Below, piece after piece: positions 44,852 to 60,014 of a stretch of 64,000 nucleotides of DNA. The notes beneath the pieces are model-generated. The model saw only the letters and a program-made list of their open reading frames with translations. It did no database searches and was not told the origin of the DNA. How positions within the stretch are numbered: the stretch's first letter is position 1; every line of letters begins with the position of its first letter. This stretch comes from Burkholderiales bacterium (GTDB lineage: Bacteria > Pseudomonadota > Gammaproteobacteria > Burkholderiales > JACQAP01), in NCBI GenBank assembly GCA_035549715.1, contig DASZQJ010000096.1, positions 5,006 to 69,005 on the forward strand, read 5' to 3'. The position numbers and the translations under genes were made by a program.

Positions 44852-44881
44852 GATTATAGTCCGGCGCCAATAGCCGAGTAA
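44852..44881 (-). promoter_or_regulatory. Candidate sigma70 promoter for folE2
   Basis: Minus strand reads TTTACT, an 18-nt spacer, then TATAAT. The -10 lies in the loop of the small hairpin CCGGA/TCCGG, about 25 nt upstream of the ATG. Confidence 0.35.
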
Positions 44882-44902
44882 ACTACTCGACTATCAGGGT
44901 TT

Positions 44903-46744
44903 CTAGCGGTGCAGCGCCAGGATGGAGGCGTGGATGCCGTCGGCGTCCAGGCCACAGGCCTTGAGCAGTTTCGCCGGGTCGCCGTGGTCGATGAAAGTAT
45001 CCGGCAGCCCGAGCTGCAGCACCTTTTTCGGAAGCTTCTGCTTTTCAAGGACTTCGAGCACGGCGCTGCCTGCGCCGCCCTGGATCGTATTCTCTTCCAC
45101 CGTCACCAGCTGGTCATGGGTTTGCGCCAGCTCCAGGATCAAGGCTTCGTCGACCGGCTTGACGAAGCGCATGTTGGCCACCGTGGCATCGAGTTTCTCG
45201 GCGGCTTCCAGGCAGGGCCTGAGCAGGGCGCCGAAGGAAAGGATGGCGATGCCCCTGCCCCGCCGCCGGATCTCGCCCTTGCCCACCGGCAACGCGCGCA
45301 TTTGCGCCTCCGGGACGACGCCCGGCCCGCTGCCGCGCGGGTAGCGCACCGCCACCGGGCCATCGACCTGGAAACCCGTATAGAGCATTTGCCGGCATTC
45401 GTTCTCGTCGGCGGGCGCCATCACCACCATGTTCGGCAGGCAGCGCAGGTAGGAGAGGTCGAAGCTGCCTGCGTGGGTGGGCCCGTCCGCGCCGACCAGG
45501 CCGGCGCGGTCGATGCCGAAAAGGACGGGCAGGTTCTGGATGCAGACGTCGTGGATGAGCTGGTCGTAAGCGCGTTGCAGGAACGTGGAATAGATCGCGA
45601 CGACCGGCTTCAGCCCCTCGCAGGCAAGCCCCGCGGCAAACGTCACGGCGTGCTGCTCGGCGATGCCCACGTCGAAGTACCGATCGGGAAACTCCTGCGA
45701 AAAGCGCACGAGCCCGGAGCCTTCGCGCATCGCCGGTGTGATGCCCACCAACCGCGAGTCCTGCGCCGCCATGTCGCACAGCCAGTCGCCGAAGACCTGC
45801 GTGTAGGTCGGCTTGCCGCCCGGCCTGGCCAGGATGCCCGCGCCCGGATCGAACTTGCCCACGCCGTGGTACAGGATGGGATCGTCCTCGGCGCGCTCGT
45901 AGCCCTTGCCCTTTCGGGTGACCACGTGCAGGAACTGGGGTCCCTCGAGCTGCTTCAGGTTGCCCAGGGTGGCCACGAGCACGTCGATGTTGTGGCCGTC
46001 CACCGGACCGATGTAGTTGAACCCGAACTCCTCGAACAGCGTCCCTGGCGTGACCATGCCCTTGACGTGCTCCTCGGCGCGCTTTGCCAGTTCGAGTACC
46101 GGGGGCACCACCCCCAGCACCTTCTCGCCGGTGCGGCGTGCCGCGGCGTAAAAGCGCCCTGACATCAGCTTGGCGAGGTAGTTGTTCAGGGCCCCGACGT
46201 TCTCGGAGATGGACATGTCATTGTCGTTGAGCACCACGAGCAGGTTGGCGTCGGTGGCGCCGGCATTGTTCAGGGCCTCGAAGGCCATGCCGGCGGTCAT
46301 TGCGCCGTCACCGATGACCGCGATCACCCTGCGGCTTTCGCCGCGCATGCGTGCCGCGACCGCCATGCCCAGCGCCGCGCTGATGGAAGTGCTCGAATGG
46401 GCGGTGCCGAACGTGTCGTATTCGCTCTCGTCCCGGCGCGGGAAGCCGGCAATGCCCCCCATCTGGCGCAGTGTCCCCATGCGGTCACGCCGGCCGGTGA
46501 GCACCTTGTGCGCGTAGGTCTGGTGGCCCACGTCCCACACCAGCCGGTCCTCCGGGGTATCGAAGACGTAATGCAGCGCGATGGTCAGCTCGACGGTGCC
46601 CAGGTTGGAGGACAGGTGGCCGCCGGTCGCGGACACGGATTCGAGCAGGTAGTCGCGCAGTTCGCGCGCCACTTCGTGCAGCCGCTTGCGGTCGAGTTGC
46701 CGCAGGTCGGCGGGCGAATCGATGGTCTTTAGCAGGTCGTACAT
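44903..46744 (-). CDS. dxs: 1-deoxy-D-xylulose-5-phosphate synthase
   Basis: 613 aa. [32 protein letters not shown] and the ThDP motif [18 protein letters not shown]. Confidence 0.95.
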   Translation of the reverse strand: MYDLLKTIDSPADLRQLDRKRLHEVARELRDYLLESVSATGGHLSSNLGTVELTIALHYVFDTPEDRLVWDVGHQTYAHKVLTGRRDRMGTLRQMGGIAGFPRRDESEYDTFGTAHSSTSISAALGMAVAARMRGESRRVIAVIGDGAMTAGMAFEALNNAGATDANLLVVLNDNDMSISENVGALNNYLAKLMSGRFYAAARRTGEKVLGVVPPVLELAKRAEEHVKGMVTPGTLFEEFGFNYIGPVDGHNIDVLVATLGNLKQLEGPQFLHVVTRKGKGYERAEDDPILYHGVGKFDPGAGILARPGGKPTYTQVFGDWLCDMAAQDSRLVGITPAMREGSGLVRFSQEFPDRYFDVGIAEQHAVTFAAGLACEGLKPVVAIYSTFLQRAYDQLIHDVCIQNLPVLFGIDRAGLVGADGPTHAGSFDLSYLRCLPNMVVMAPADENECRQMLYTGFQVDGPVAVRYPRGSGPGVVPEAQMRALPVGKGEIRRRGRGIAILSFGALLRPCLEAAEKLDATVANMRFVKPVDEALILELAQTHDQLVTVEENTIQGGAGSAVLEVLEKQKLPKKVLQLGLPDTFIDHGDPAKLLKACGLDADGIHASILALHR

Positions 46745-46798
46745 CTCGTCGTTTCTGGTGGGGGCCGGCCGGCTCGCCGGCCCGGGAGTTTTACCGGC

Positions 46799-47701
46799 CT
46801 AGAATTTGCGCAACACGATGAAGTCGGCCAGTTCGCGCAGGTGTCCGCCACCCGCGGGCAGGTCGCGCAGGGCCGCCAGTGCATCATCCCTCAATTCGGC
46901 CGCGAGCACGCGCGCCCGCTCCAGGCCCAGCGCGCTGACGTAGGTGGGTTTGTTGCTCTGCGCGTCCTTTCCGGCGGTCTTGCCGAGCGTGGCCGTGCTG
47001 GAATCGGCGTCGAGGACGTCGTCGACGACCTGGAACGCCAGCCCGATGAACTTGCTGAAATGGTCGAGGGCGCCGAGCTGCGCGGGGTCCAGGCCACTGC
47101 CGCAACGGGCGCCCAGCGCCACGGCGGCCCGGATGAGCGCGCCGGTCTTGTGGATGTGCATGTGCTCGAGCTCGGGCACGCTGAGCGGCTTGCCGGTGGA
47201 GGCGAGGTCGATCGCCTGGCCGCCAGCCATGCCGCGCGAGCCGGCGGCAAGCGCCAGCAGGGAGATCATCTCCACCTGCCGCCGGGCATCGTCCGCGAGC
47301 GGCGCATCCGCGAGCACCTGGAAAGCCAGGCTTTGCAGGCTGTCGCCCACGAGCAGCGCGGTGGCCTCGTCGAACTCCACGTGCACCGTCGGCTTGCCAC
47401 GGCGCAGGGAGTCGTTGTCCATCGGCGGCATGTCGTCATGCACGAGCGAGTACACGTGGATCATCTCGACCGCGCAGGCCACGCGATCCACGCGCGCCGG
47501 GTCGGCCCCCGCCAGCTCCCCGGCGCCGTACGCGAGCAGCGGCCGCACGCGCTTTCCGCCGCCGAGGGCGGCGTAGCGCATGGCGGCATGCAGGCGCCGG
47601 GGCGCGAGGTCCGCGGCCGGCAGCAGGGCATGCAGGACCTGCTCGATGCGGGACTGTCGGTCCAGCATCCAGTCCCGGAAATCACTCTTCGGCGTCGTCA
47701 C
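46799..47701 (-). CDS. ispA: Farnesyl diphosphate synthase (geranyltranstransferase)
   Basis: 300 aa. First and second Asp-rich motifs LVHDDMPPMD and FQVVDDVLD. Confidence 0.9.
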   Translation of the reverse strand: MTTPKSDFRDWMLDRQSRIEQVLHALLPAADLAPRRLHAAMRYAALGGGKRVRPLLAYGAGELAGADPARVDRVACAVEMIHVYSLVHDDMPPMDNDSLRRGKPTVHVEFDEATALLVGDSLQSLAFQVLADAPLADDARRQVEMISLLALAAGSRGMAGGQAIDLASTGKPLSVPELEHMHIHKTGALIRAAVALGARCGSGLDPAQLGALDHFSKFIGLAFQVVDDVLDADSSTATLGKTAGKDAQSNKPTYVSALGLERARVLAAELRDDALAALRDLPAGGGHLRELADFIVLRKF

Positions 47702-47984
47702 CGGAAAAATTCTGCAGCGCGCCGGCCTCGAGGACCTTCACCTGCTGCTGTGCGTCGCGCAATTGCGCCTGGCAGTACTGCAACAGCTCGGCGCCCCGTT
47801 TGTATGCCGCCAGGGACTGCTCGAGGGGCAACTCGCCGCCTTCCATGGCCGCGACGATCTGCTCGATCTCGGCCAGGGCGGCCTCGAAGGACTGGGGTTT
47901 CTGGGGCTTGGGCTTGGTCACCGGTTCAGGCGCCGTTTGCGGGGAATCCGGCGCGTCGTAAAAAAGTTCGTAAAAATAGCCCAT
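47682..47984 (-). CDS. xseB: Exodeoxyribonuclease VII small subunit
   Basis: SFEAALAEIEQIVAAMEGGELPLEQSLAAYKRGAELLQYCQ is the XseB core. ATG at 47984; an in-frame GTG at 47921 would give a more typical length. Overlaps the ispA start by 20 nt. Confidence 0.8.
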   Translation of the reverse strand: MGYFYELFYDAPDSPQTAPEPVTKPKPQKPQSFEAALAEIEQIVAAMEGGELPLEQSLAAYKRGAELLQYCQAQLRDAQQQVKVLEAGALQNFSGDDAEE

Positions 47985-48168
47985 GACCGGAACCCGGGTC
48001 AACGAAACGGGTCCCAACCCGTTCGAAATCATGGGGATTGACGGTCGCAATGGCATTGCGCCAATGGGGGTTTTCAGGGACAATTCCCCATGGAATTCCG
48101 CCCCATTCAGCGCGTAGAGCCGGGGGCGGTTTTTTTATTCATGATGGCTTGCAGGGATACAGGCTGGT

Positions 48169-49272
48169 ATGACGGATCTGGCTAACGTTTCTGCCCTGAC
48201 CCGTACGCCGGTGCAGTTGCCGGTGGACTGGTACTTCGACCCGCGAATCGCGGCGCTCGAGCAAAAATTTCTGTTCGCGAAGGGCCCTGGCTACGTCGGC
48301 CACGAGCTCATGGTGCCGGAAGTCGGCAGCTATCGCAGCCTCGAATGGATGAACCACGCGAAGGCGCTGGTGCGCAACCAGAACGGCGTGGAACTGCTTT
48401 CCAACGTCTGCCGCCACCGGCAGTCGATCATGCTCAAGGGCAGCGGCACCACGGCGAACATCGTATGCCCGCTGCACCGCTGGACCTACGACATGTCGGG
48501 CAGGCTGCTCGGCGCGCCGCATTTTCCCGGCAACCCCTGCCTCGACCTCGCCAGGACGCCGCTGAAATCCTGGAACGGCCTGCTGTTCGCCGGCGAGCGC
48601 AACCCCGGGATCGATTTCGCGAAGCTCGGCGTCCTGGCGGACCTGGATTTCTCCGGCTACATGCTGGACCGCACGACGATCGAGGAATACCCGATCAACT
48701 GGAAGACGTTCATCGAGGTCTACCTCGAGGACTACCACGTCATCCCCTTCCACCCGGGCCTCGGCCAGTTCGTCGACACCGACGACCTCAAGTGGGAGTT
48801 CGGCGAGTGGTACAGCGTACAGACGGTCGGCATCCACCAGGCGCTGGGCAAGCCCGGGACCGAGGCCTACGGCAAGTGGCAGGAGGCGGTCCTGCGCTAC
48901 AACAACGGCCAGATGCCCAAGCAGGGCGCGATCTGGCTCACCTACTACCCGAACGTGATGGTGGAGTGGTATCCCAACGTGCTGGTGATCAGCACGATCG
49001 TGCCGAACGGCCCCGAGCGCTGCGCCAACGTGGTCGAGTTCTACTACCCGGAGGACATCGTGCTGTTCGAGCGCGAGTTCATCGAGGCGGAGCAGGCGGC
49101 GTACGCGGAAACCGCGCGCGAGGACGAGGAAATCTGCGTGCGCATGACCGAAGGCCGCCGCGCCCTGTACCTTCAGGGCAGGAATGAATTCGGGCCGTAC
49201 CAGTCGCCCATGGAAGACGGCATGATCCATTTCCACGAGTTCCTGCGCGCCCACATCGACCCGCACCTGTGA
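48169..49272 (+). CDS. Rieske [2Fe-2S] aromatic-ring-hydroxylating-oxygenase alpha-subunit-like protein
   Basis: 367 aa. Rieske motif CRHRQSIM...CPLHRWTY and a mononuclear-iron region EDYHVIPFHP. Confidence 0.85.
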   Translation: MTDLANVSALTRTPVQLPVDWYFDPRIAALEQKFLFAKGPGYVGHELMVPEVGSYRSLEWMNHAKALVRNQNGVELLSNVCRHRQSIMLKGSGTTANIVCPLHRWTYDMSGRLLGAPHFPGNPCLDLARTPLKSWNGLLFAGERNPGIDFAKLGVLADLDFSGYMLDRTTIEEYPINWKTFIEVYLEDYHVIPFHPGLGQFVDTDDLKWEFGEWYSVQTVGIHQALGKPGTEAYGKWQEAVLRYNNGQMPKQGAIWLTYYPNVMVEWYPNVLVISTIVPNGPERCANVVEFYYPEDIVLFEREFIEAEQAAYAETAREDEEICVRMTEGRRALYLQGRNEFGPYQSPMEDGMIHFHEFLRAHIDPHL

Positions 49273-49289
49273 TGGGCGGGCCACCCGCA

Positions 49290-49319
49290 AGCCCCGGCAC
49301 GCCGGGGCTTTTGTTTTTG
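49290..49319 (+). terminator. Rho-independent terminator
   Basis: GCCCCG gcacgc CGGGGC followed by TTTTGTTTTTG, 18 nt after the stop at 49272. Confidence 0.8.
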
Positions 49320-49378
49320 CAGCCCGGCCCGGCGGCCCCTATCATCCCCGTTCTGCCTTCCACCTCACGCGGACCCCA

Positions 49379-50221
49379 ATGAACCACACGACCCTCATCT
49401 CCGTCGCCGACCTTGCGAACAACCTGCAGGACCCGTCGCTGGTCGTCTTCGATTGCCGCCACGAACTCACGAATCCCGCCTTCGGGACCCTGGCCTATGC
49501 CGAATCGCACATCCCCGGCGCGCGCTTCGCGAACGTGGACCAGGACCTCTCCGGGCCCTTGACCGGCAGCAATGGCCGCCATCCCCTGCCCGATCCGGAC
49601 AAGCTCATCGACTGGCTGGGGCGCATGGGCGTGTCGAAGACCTCGCAGGTGGTGGGCTACGACCAGGCTGGCGGGGCCTATGGCGCCCGCCTCTGGTGGC
49701 TGCTGCGCTGGGTCGGCCACGGGAAGGTGGCCGTACTGGACGGCGGCTGGCAGGCCTGGCTCGCGGCGGGCCACCCCGTGACCCAGGCGGTGCCGTCGCC
49801 GCGTGCGGCAAGCTTCACCGGCACGCCGGACGACAGCGCCCGCGTCGACGCGAAGTACGTGCAGGACCGCCTGAATTCGGCCGACATGGTGCTCGTCGAC
49901 GCCCGCGCCAACGACCGCTACCACGGCCAGAACGAGACCATCGACCCGGTCGCCGGGCACATCCCCGGCGCGGTCAACCGCTTCTTCAAGGACAACCTGG
50001 ACGCCCAGGGCCGGTTCCGCAAGCCGGAGGAATTGCGGGCGGCGTTTGCCCCGCTGGTGGGCAACCTGCCCGCCGCGAAGGTCGTTCACCAGTGCGGCTC
50101 CGGGATCACCGCCTGCCACAACCTGTTCGCCATGGAAGTGGCGGGCATCCACGGCAGCAAGCTTTACCCCGGCTCCTGGAGCGAGTGGATCGCGGATCCT
50201 TCCCGCCCCGTCGCGAAGTAG
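49379..50221 (+). CDS. sseA: Rhodanese-type sulfurtransferase (thiosulfate/3-mercaptopyruvate)
   Basis: 280 aa with two rhodanese domains and the active-site loop HQCGSGITACH. Confidence 0.85.
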   Translation: MNHTTLISVADLANNLQDPSLVVFDCRHELTNPAFGTLAYAESHIPGARFANVDQDLSGPLTGSNGRHPLPDPDKLIDWLGRMGVSKTSQVVGYDQAGGAYGARLWWLLRWVGHGKVAVLDGGWQAWLAAGHPVTQAVPSPRAASFTGTPDDSARVDAKYVQDRLNSADMVLVDARANDRYHGQNETIDPVAGHIPGAVNRFFKDNLDAQGRFRKPEELRAAFAPLVGNLPAAKVVHQCGSGITACHNLFAMEVAGIHGSKLYPGSWSEWIADPSRPVAK

Positions 50222-50232
50222 CCCGCGCTGGC

Positions 50233-51492
50233 TCAGGCCAGCATGTCGTTCCAGATGTTGCGGCCCCAGGACTCCGCGAATCGGCCCTCCTGCTCGCTCG
50301 CGGCGGCGGAAACGCCGCTCGCACCGGGCAGGATCTCCATGGTCTTCTTCTCGCCGTTGTAGCCGTGCACGGATGCGACGTGGATCACCTCCTTGTCGCT
50401 CACGAAGCTGTAGCAGGTGTTCGTCAGCATCGGCTGCGGGTTCACCTTGTCCCCGTGCAGCAGCGCAATGATTGCCGCCGCGCAGACCTTGGCGTGCTGG
50501 TTCGCCATGTGGCCCGATTTGGGCATCTGGGGGGCGGCCATGATTGCATCGCCGAGCACGTGGACGTTGGGCACTGCCGTTGACTCGTAGGTGAGGAAGT
50601 CCACGCCGCACCAGCGGTTGTTCGCGTTGACGAGGCCGGCTTCCAGGGCGATCCCGCCCGCGCGCTGCGGCGGGACGACATTCAGGACGTCCGCCTTGAC
50701 ATCTTCGAAGGCGAGCCTGGCGGTCAGGCTCTGGCCGTCGACGGCGGTCAGCTCGCTGTTCGGGTGGTACTCGACGATGCCCGGGTAACGCTCGGTCCAG
50801 GCCTTGGTGAACAACCCCTTCTTGGAGACGACATCCTCGTTCGCGTCGAGGATCAGCACCTTGGATCGCGGCTTGTGCCGGCTGAAGTACCAGGCCACCT
50901 GGCAGGCGCGTTCATACGGGCCCGGCGGGCACCGGTAAGGCGCCCTGGGGATCGTGATGGCATATACCCCGCCATCGGGCATCGCTTCGAGCTGCTTGCG
51001 CAGGTACGTCGTCTGCAGCCCGGCCTTCCAGGCATGCAGGATACGGTCGGACGCCTCGGAAAGACCCGGTACCTCCCCGGGCAGGAGATCCACGCCCGGC
51101 GCGACGACGAGGCGGTCATAGGCGAGCGTGCCGCCGCCGGCGAGGCTCACCTTCTTCTTCGCGGCATCGATCGAAACGGCCTCGTCGCGAACGACCTTCA
51201 CGCCGTGCTTTGCGTGCAACTTGCCGTAGCCGCGGGTGAGCTCCTTGAGCTGCACGACGCCCGCCAGCACCCGGTTCGACAGCGGGCACGAGATGAATTC
51301 CTCGTCCCGCTCCACGAGCGTAACCTCGATGTCCGGGCTCCACATGCGGATGTACTTGGCCGCAGTGGCACCGGCAAAGCCGCCGCCGATGACCACGACG
51401 CGTCCCGCAGGCGCGCCGCGGGCGGGAGCGGCCGCCGTCACGGCGGCCGATGCGGACAGCCAGCCGAGGAACTTCCTGCGCGATACGCCCAT
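50233..51492 (-). CDS. fccB: Flavocytochrome c sulfide dehydrogenase, flavoprotein subunit (FccB/SoxF-like)
   Basis: 419 aa. Tat signal SRRKFLGWLSASAAVTAAAPARG and FAD fold VVVIGGGFAGATAAKY. The cytochrome c gene lies immediately upstream. Confidence 0.85.
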   Translation of the reverse strand: MGVSRRKFLGWLSASAAVTAAAPARGAPAGRVVVIGGGFAGATAAKYIRMWSPDIEVTLVERDEEFISCPLSNRVLAGVVQLKELTRGYGKLHAKHGVKVVRDEAVSIDAAKKKVSLAGGGTLAYDRLVVAPGVDLLPGEVPGLSEASDRILHAWKAGLQTTYLRKQLEAMPDGGVYAITIPRAPYRCPPGPYERACQVAWYFSRHKPRSKVLILDANEDVVSKKGLFTKAWTERYPGIVEYHPNSELTAVDGQSLTARLAFEDVKADVLNVVPPQRAGGIALEAGLVNANNRWCGVDFLTYESTAVPNVHVLGDAIMAAPQMPKSGHMANQHAKVCAAAIIALLHGDKVNPQPMLTNTCYSFVSDKEVIHVASVHGYNGEKKTMEILPGASGVSAAASEQEGRFAESWGRNIWNDMLA

Positions 51493-51504
51493 GTCCTTCC
51501 CTCC

Positions 51505-51801
51505 TCAATCCAGCTTTTGCGCGGCAAAGAACTCGGCGATGCGTTCGATCTGCTCGTCCGAGTAGCCCTTCGCATGCTGGTGCATGACAGTCGCATCGCG
51601 CGTGCCGCCCTTGAATTCGCGCATGGCATTGGCGATGTACGCCTTCTGCAGGCCCGCCAGGGACGGAATGGCGCCCTCGCTGCGGCCGTTGGTGCCGTGG
51701 CAGCCGGTACAGGTGGCCGCCAGGCTGCGGCCCGTGGTGGCATCCGCCGCGGCCGCCGGAATGGCGGCTGCGAGCAAAATCGCCGCGATCGTCGTGTTCA
51801 T
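51505..51801 (-). CDS. fccA: Monohaem cytochrome c subunit (FccA/SoxE-like)
   Basis: 98 aa with a signal peptide, CTGCH haem motif and a downstream Met. Ends 12 nt upstream of fccB. Confidence 0.75.
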   Translation of the reverse strand: MNTTIAAILLAAAIPAAAADATTGRSLAATCTGCHGTNGRSEGAIPSLAGLQKAYIANAMREFKGGTRDATVMHQHAKGYSDEQIERIAEFFAAQKLD

Positions 51802-51845
51802 CCGTTGACTCCCCTCGAGTGCCCCATTCTATGCCGGCGCGGGCG

Positions 51846-51871
51846 AAAAAAAACCGGACGCGAAGTCCGGC
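51846..51871 (-). terminator. Rho-independent terminator after clpA
   Basis: Minus strand reads GCCGGAC ttcgc GTCCGG followed by TTTTTTTT, about 25 nt after the clpA stop. Confidence 0.8.
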
Positions 51872-51893
51872 TCTTTCCATGCCTGCAAGGCCG

Positions 51894-54178
<2,285 letters not shown>

Positions 54179-54182
<4 letters not shown>

Positions 54183-54487
54183 GTTTCCTCCATCACGCAC
54201 TGAAGCGGATGTTGATACTGCTTTGCAAACGCGATGACCTGGTCCACCTTGGTCGCGGCGACGTCGCGTGGATACACGCCGCAGACCCCCATGCCCTCCC
54301 TGTGAACTTTGAGCATGATCTGCGTCGCCTGTTCACGATTCATCGAAAAAAAGGTCTGCAGGACGGACACGACGAAGTCCATGGGCGTGTAATCGTCGTT
54401 GAGCAGCAAGACCTTGAACAGGGGCGGAGGCTTGACCTTGCTTTTCTCGGCCTCCAGAAGTGTTCCGTCGCGAGTTCCCGATGCCAT
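54179..54487 (-). CDS. clpS: ATP-dependent Clp protease adaptor ClpS
   Basis: 102 aa. [27 protein letters not shown]...[19 protein letters not shown]. Confidence 0.9.
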
Positions 54488-54641
54488 TTTGACCTGCTTG
54501 TCTCGCTTTCCCGGCCCTTGCTCAAGGCTTCATTTTGCGCATAACAGCGGAAAATACAAGTGGCGGGAATCCATGCTCGCCGGGGGCCTGGGGATGCCTT
54601 AAAACCGCGCTGCAACAAACGCTTGCGCGCTCCGGAGCGGC

Positions 54642-54670
54642 TTGACTTCCCAAAATAAATCACCTACAAA
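54642..54670 (+). promoter_or_regulatory. Candidate sigma70 promoter for the cold-shock gene, with a ~110-nt leader
   Basis: TTGACT (54642-54647), 17-nt spacer, TACAAA (54665-54670). The long 5' UTR is typical of cspA-family genes. Confidence 0.4.
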
Positions 54671-54786
54671 GAGCATTGGTGTTTGGCTTCAAGGTAACTG
54701 CAGCACCGGTTTTGCCGAGAACGCGGTCTTGAGACAAACAGTCGGCGGGTATCCGGCCCGCGTACTTCAAAGGGGAAGGGTGTTGT

Positions 54787-54990
54787 ATGGCACAAGGCAC
54801 GGTTAAGTGGTTCAACGATGCGAAGGGCTACGGGTTCATCACGCCCGACGACGGCAGCGAGGATCTGTTCGCGCACTTTTCGGCGATCCAGATGAACGGA
54901 TTCAAGACGCTGAAGGAAGGCCAGAAGGTGAGCTTCGAAGTCACCCAGGGACCGAAGGGGAAGCAGGCATCGAATATCCAGGCGGCCTGA
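54787..54990 (+). CDS. Cold-shock protein (CspA family), paralog of 35397..35600
   Basis: 67 aa, [34 protein letters not shown].... Differs at only a few residues from the other copy. Confidence 0.95.
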   Translation: MAQGTVKWFNDAKGYGFITPDDGSEDLFAHFSAIQMNGFKTLKEGQKVSFEVTQGPKGKQASNIQAA

Positions 54991-55045
54991 CGGCTGCCGG
55001 CGCGGCAGGCCCCAGAGCCGGCGCGACAGATACTCCAAATTCAGA

Positions 55046-55076
55046 GCCCGCAGCGAATGCTGCGGGCTTTTGTTTT
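55046..55076 (+). terminator. Rho-independent terminator after csp
   Basis: GCCCGCAGC gaat GCTGCGGGC followed by TTTTGTTTT. Confidence 0.8.
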
Positions 55077-55099
55077 CGAATGCGGCCCGCAGGCGGGCC

Positions 55100-56344
<1,245 letters not shown>

Positions 56345-56902
56345 GGAGTCTGCCTCGGGATGTCTCTGGATGATGGGGGGAAAGGATGTCTTTGAATTGC
56401 AAGCGTTCTGGAAGGAACGAGCACCGGTCATTGTAAAGCAACGCATGTTCCCGCCAAAGCCGGGACGGCATTCCCCACCGCGACGGGGGATGACGGGCGA
56501 CGCTCGCCGCCCAACCGCGCGGTCCTTCGCCGACAAAGCTGAAACTTCATCTTGCATCGCAAAATCGCCTGCCTGATTTTTTCCTGCCATATTGTTTTAA
56601 TTAACTTTTAGGCCCTCCGATAGGCATGTTGCAACGCAAATAAAAGACCTCTAGCTTGGCGTGACCAGCGTCGCGTCGACCACCCCCGGCAAGGCGCCTT
56701 CACCGAAGCCGCGACGACCCATGCGGCTTCTTGCGGCTCGCCAGATCCGATCTCTGGCGTCCCGGGTATGGCACGCCCCCAACGGCGCGCCCGCATCAGG
56801 GATCGGATGTCCCGCCTCGCCACGCGCGGCGGGCGACACCACCTGCCTCGCCAGCCGCGGCCACCCGCGTCGGCCAAACCACGTACCGAAGGAGACCGAA
56901 AC

Positions 56903-58180
<1,278 letters not shown>

Positions 58181-58300
58181 GCGGCACCACCCCGGCGGCC
58201 GGCCGCGGCAAGGCAAGCCTCGCTTGTCCCCGCGGCGGTTGCCATTTATCATTTAGCGAAACCAGTTTTCACAATGTAAAATTCAAACCGGAGGCGCGCA

Positions 58301-59917
58301 GTGAGCAATCCCCCCCTTCCCGCCGGCATGCAGGTTGCCGCCCGCATCACCCCGGAGTTCGCCCAGATCCTTACGCCCGCCGCCCTGGAGTTTCTGGCCA
58401 GGTTGCACCGCGGGTTCAACGCCCGGCGCCTCGAACTGCTCGACCGTCGCGCCCAGCGCCAGAAGCTCATCGACCAGGGGCAGCTGCCCGACTTCCTGCC
58501 GGAGACCAAGGCCATCCGCGAGGCCGAGTGGCAGGTCGCACCGGTACCGAAGGACCTGGAGGACCGCCGCGTGGAGATCACCGGCCCCACCGACCGCAAA
58601 ATGGTGATCAACGCGCTCAATTCGGGGGCGAGCATGTTCATGGCCGACTTCGAGGACTCCTCGACGCCCACCTGGGAAAACCAGCTGAACGGCCAGATCA
58701 ACATGCGCGACGCCATCGACCGCTCCATCAGCTTCACCAGCCCGGAAGGCAAGCAGTACAAGCTGGCGGACAAGACGGCGACCCTGCTTGTGAGGCCCCG
58801 CGGCTGGCACCTGAACGAGAAGCACCTCCTGGTGGACGGCCAGCCGATGTCCGGCTCGCTGTTCGACTTCGGACTGTACTTCTTCCACAACGCCAGGACC
58901 CGTGTGAAGCAGGGATCCGGGGTGTACCTCTACCTGCCGAAGATGGAATCCCACCTGGAGGCCCGCCTGTGGAACGACGTGTTCGTGTTCGCCCAGAAGG
59001 AGCTCGGCGTGCCGCAGGGTACGGTCAAGGCGACCGTCCTCATCGAGACCATCCTCGCGACTTTCGAGATGGAAGAGATCCTCTACGAACTGCGCGAGCA
59101 TTCCGCCGGCCTCAACTGCGGGCGCTGGGACTATATCTTCAGCTGCATCAAGAAATTCCGGAACCAGAAGGATTTCATCCTCGCCGACCGCGGGCTGGTC
59201 ACCATGACGAGCCCGTTCATGCGCGCCTACTCCCTGCTGCTCATCAAGACCTGCCACAAGCGCGGCGCCTTTGCGATGGGCGGCATGGCGGCGCAGATTC
59301 CCATCAAGAACGATCCGGCCGCCAACGACGCCGCGCTCGCCAAGGTGCGCGCGGACAAGGAGCGGGAGGCCAATGACGGCCACGACGGCACCTGGGTCGC
59401 GCATCCGGGCCTGGTGTCCATCGCCAGGGAGGCCTTCGACAAGGTGATGAAGACCCCCAACCAGATCCAGAAAAAACGCGATGACGTGAATGTCAGTGCC
59501 AGGGACCTGCTGAACTTCCTGCCGAAGGGCCCGATCACCGAGCAGGGCTTGCGCACCAACATCAACATCGGCATCCAGTACATGGGTGCCTGGCTCGCCG
59601 GCACGGGCTGCGTGCCCATCTTCAATCTCATGGAGGATGCCGCAACTGCCGAAATTTCCCGCGCCCAGATCTGGCACTGGATCCGCAGCCCGCAGGGCGT
59701 GCTCGACGACGGCCGGAAGGTCACCAGGGAGATGTTCAGCGCGCTGGTGCCCCAGGAACTGGCCAAGGTGAAGGAGATGCTGGGGGACAAGGGCTATGCC
59801 GCCGGCAAGTACCCGGAAGGCGCGAAGATGTTCGAGGAACTCACGCTCAGCGAGGATTTCGTCGAGTTCCTGACGCTGCCCGCCTACGACCACGTCACGG
59901 CACACGAGCACCGCTGA
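58301..59917 (+). CDS. aceB: Malate synthase A
   Basis: 538 aa, GTG start (alternative ATG at 58328). [33 protein letters not shown] and [20 protein letters not shown]. Confidence 0.9.
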   Translation: MSNPPLPAGMQVAARITPEFAQILTPAALEFLARLHRGFNARRLELLDRRAQRQKLIDQGQLPDFLPETKAIREAEWQVAPVPKDLEDRRVEITGPTDRKMVINALNSGASMFMADFEDSSTPTWENQLNGQINMRDAIDRSISFTSPEGKQYKLADKTATLLVRPRGWHLNEKHLLVDGQPMSGSLFDFGLYFFHNARTRVKQGSGVYLYLPKMESHLEARLWNDVFVFAQKELGVPQGTVKATVLIETILATFEMEEILYELREHSAGLNCGRWDYIFSCIKKFRNQKDFILADRGLVTMTSPFMRAYSLLLIKTCHKRGAFAMGGMAAQIPIKNDPAANDAALAKVRADKEREANDGHDGTWVAHPGLVSIAREAFDKVMKTPNQIQKKRDDVNVSARDLLNFLPKGPITEQGLRTNINIGIQYMGAWLAGTGCVPIFNLMEDAATAEISRAQIWHWIRSPQGVLDDGRKVTREMFSALVPQELAKVKEMLGDKGYAAGKYPEGAKMFEELTLSEDFVEFLTLPAYDHVTAHEHR

Positions 59918-60014
59918 CGCCGGAGGCAGCCGTCGCACCTGCGCCAACCGGGCCCCGCACGCTGGCAGGAAGCCACGGCTTCCCATTGCGCCCGCCGCCC
60001 GCTGGTGCCCGGAG

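Noticed and set aside
44825-44902. Zur box or THF-type riboswitch upstream of folE2
   Set aside because: From memory, folE2 is often Zur-regulated. I see no AT-rich palindrome of the GTAATGTTATAACATTAC type and no folded element beyond a 5-bp hairpin, only a plausible TATAAT promoter.
59918-60014. Terminator after aceB (GGAAGCC ac GGCTTCC)
   Set aside because: The loop is too small and no U-tract follows, so it is not convincing as an intrinsic terminator.
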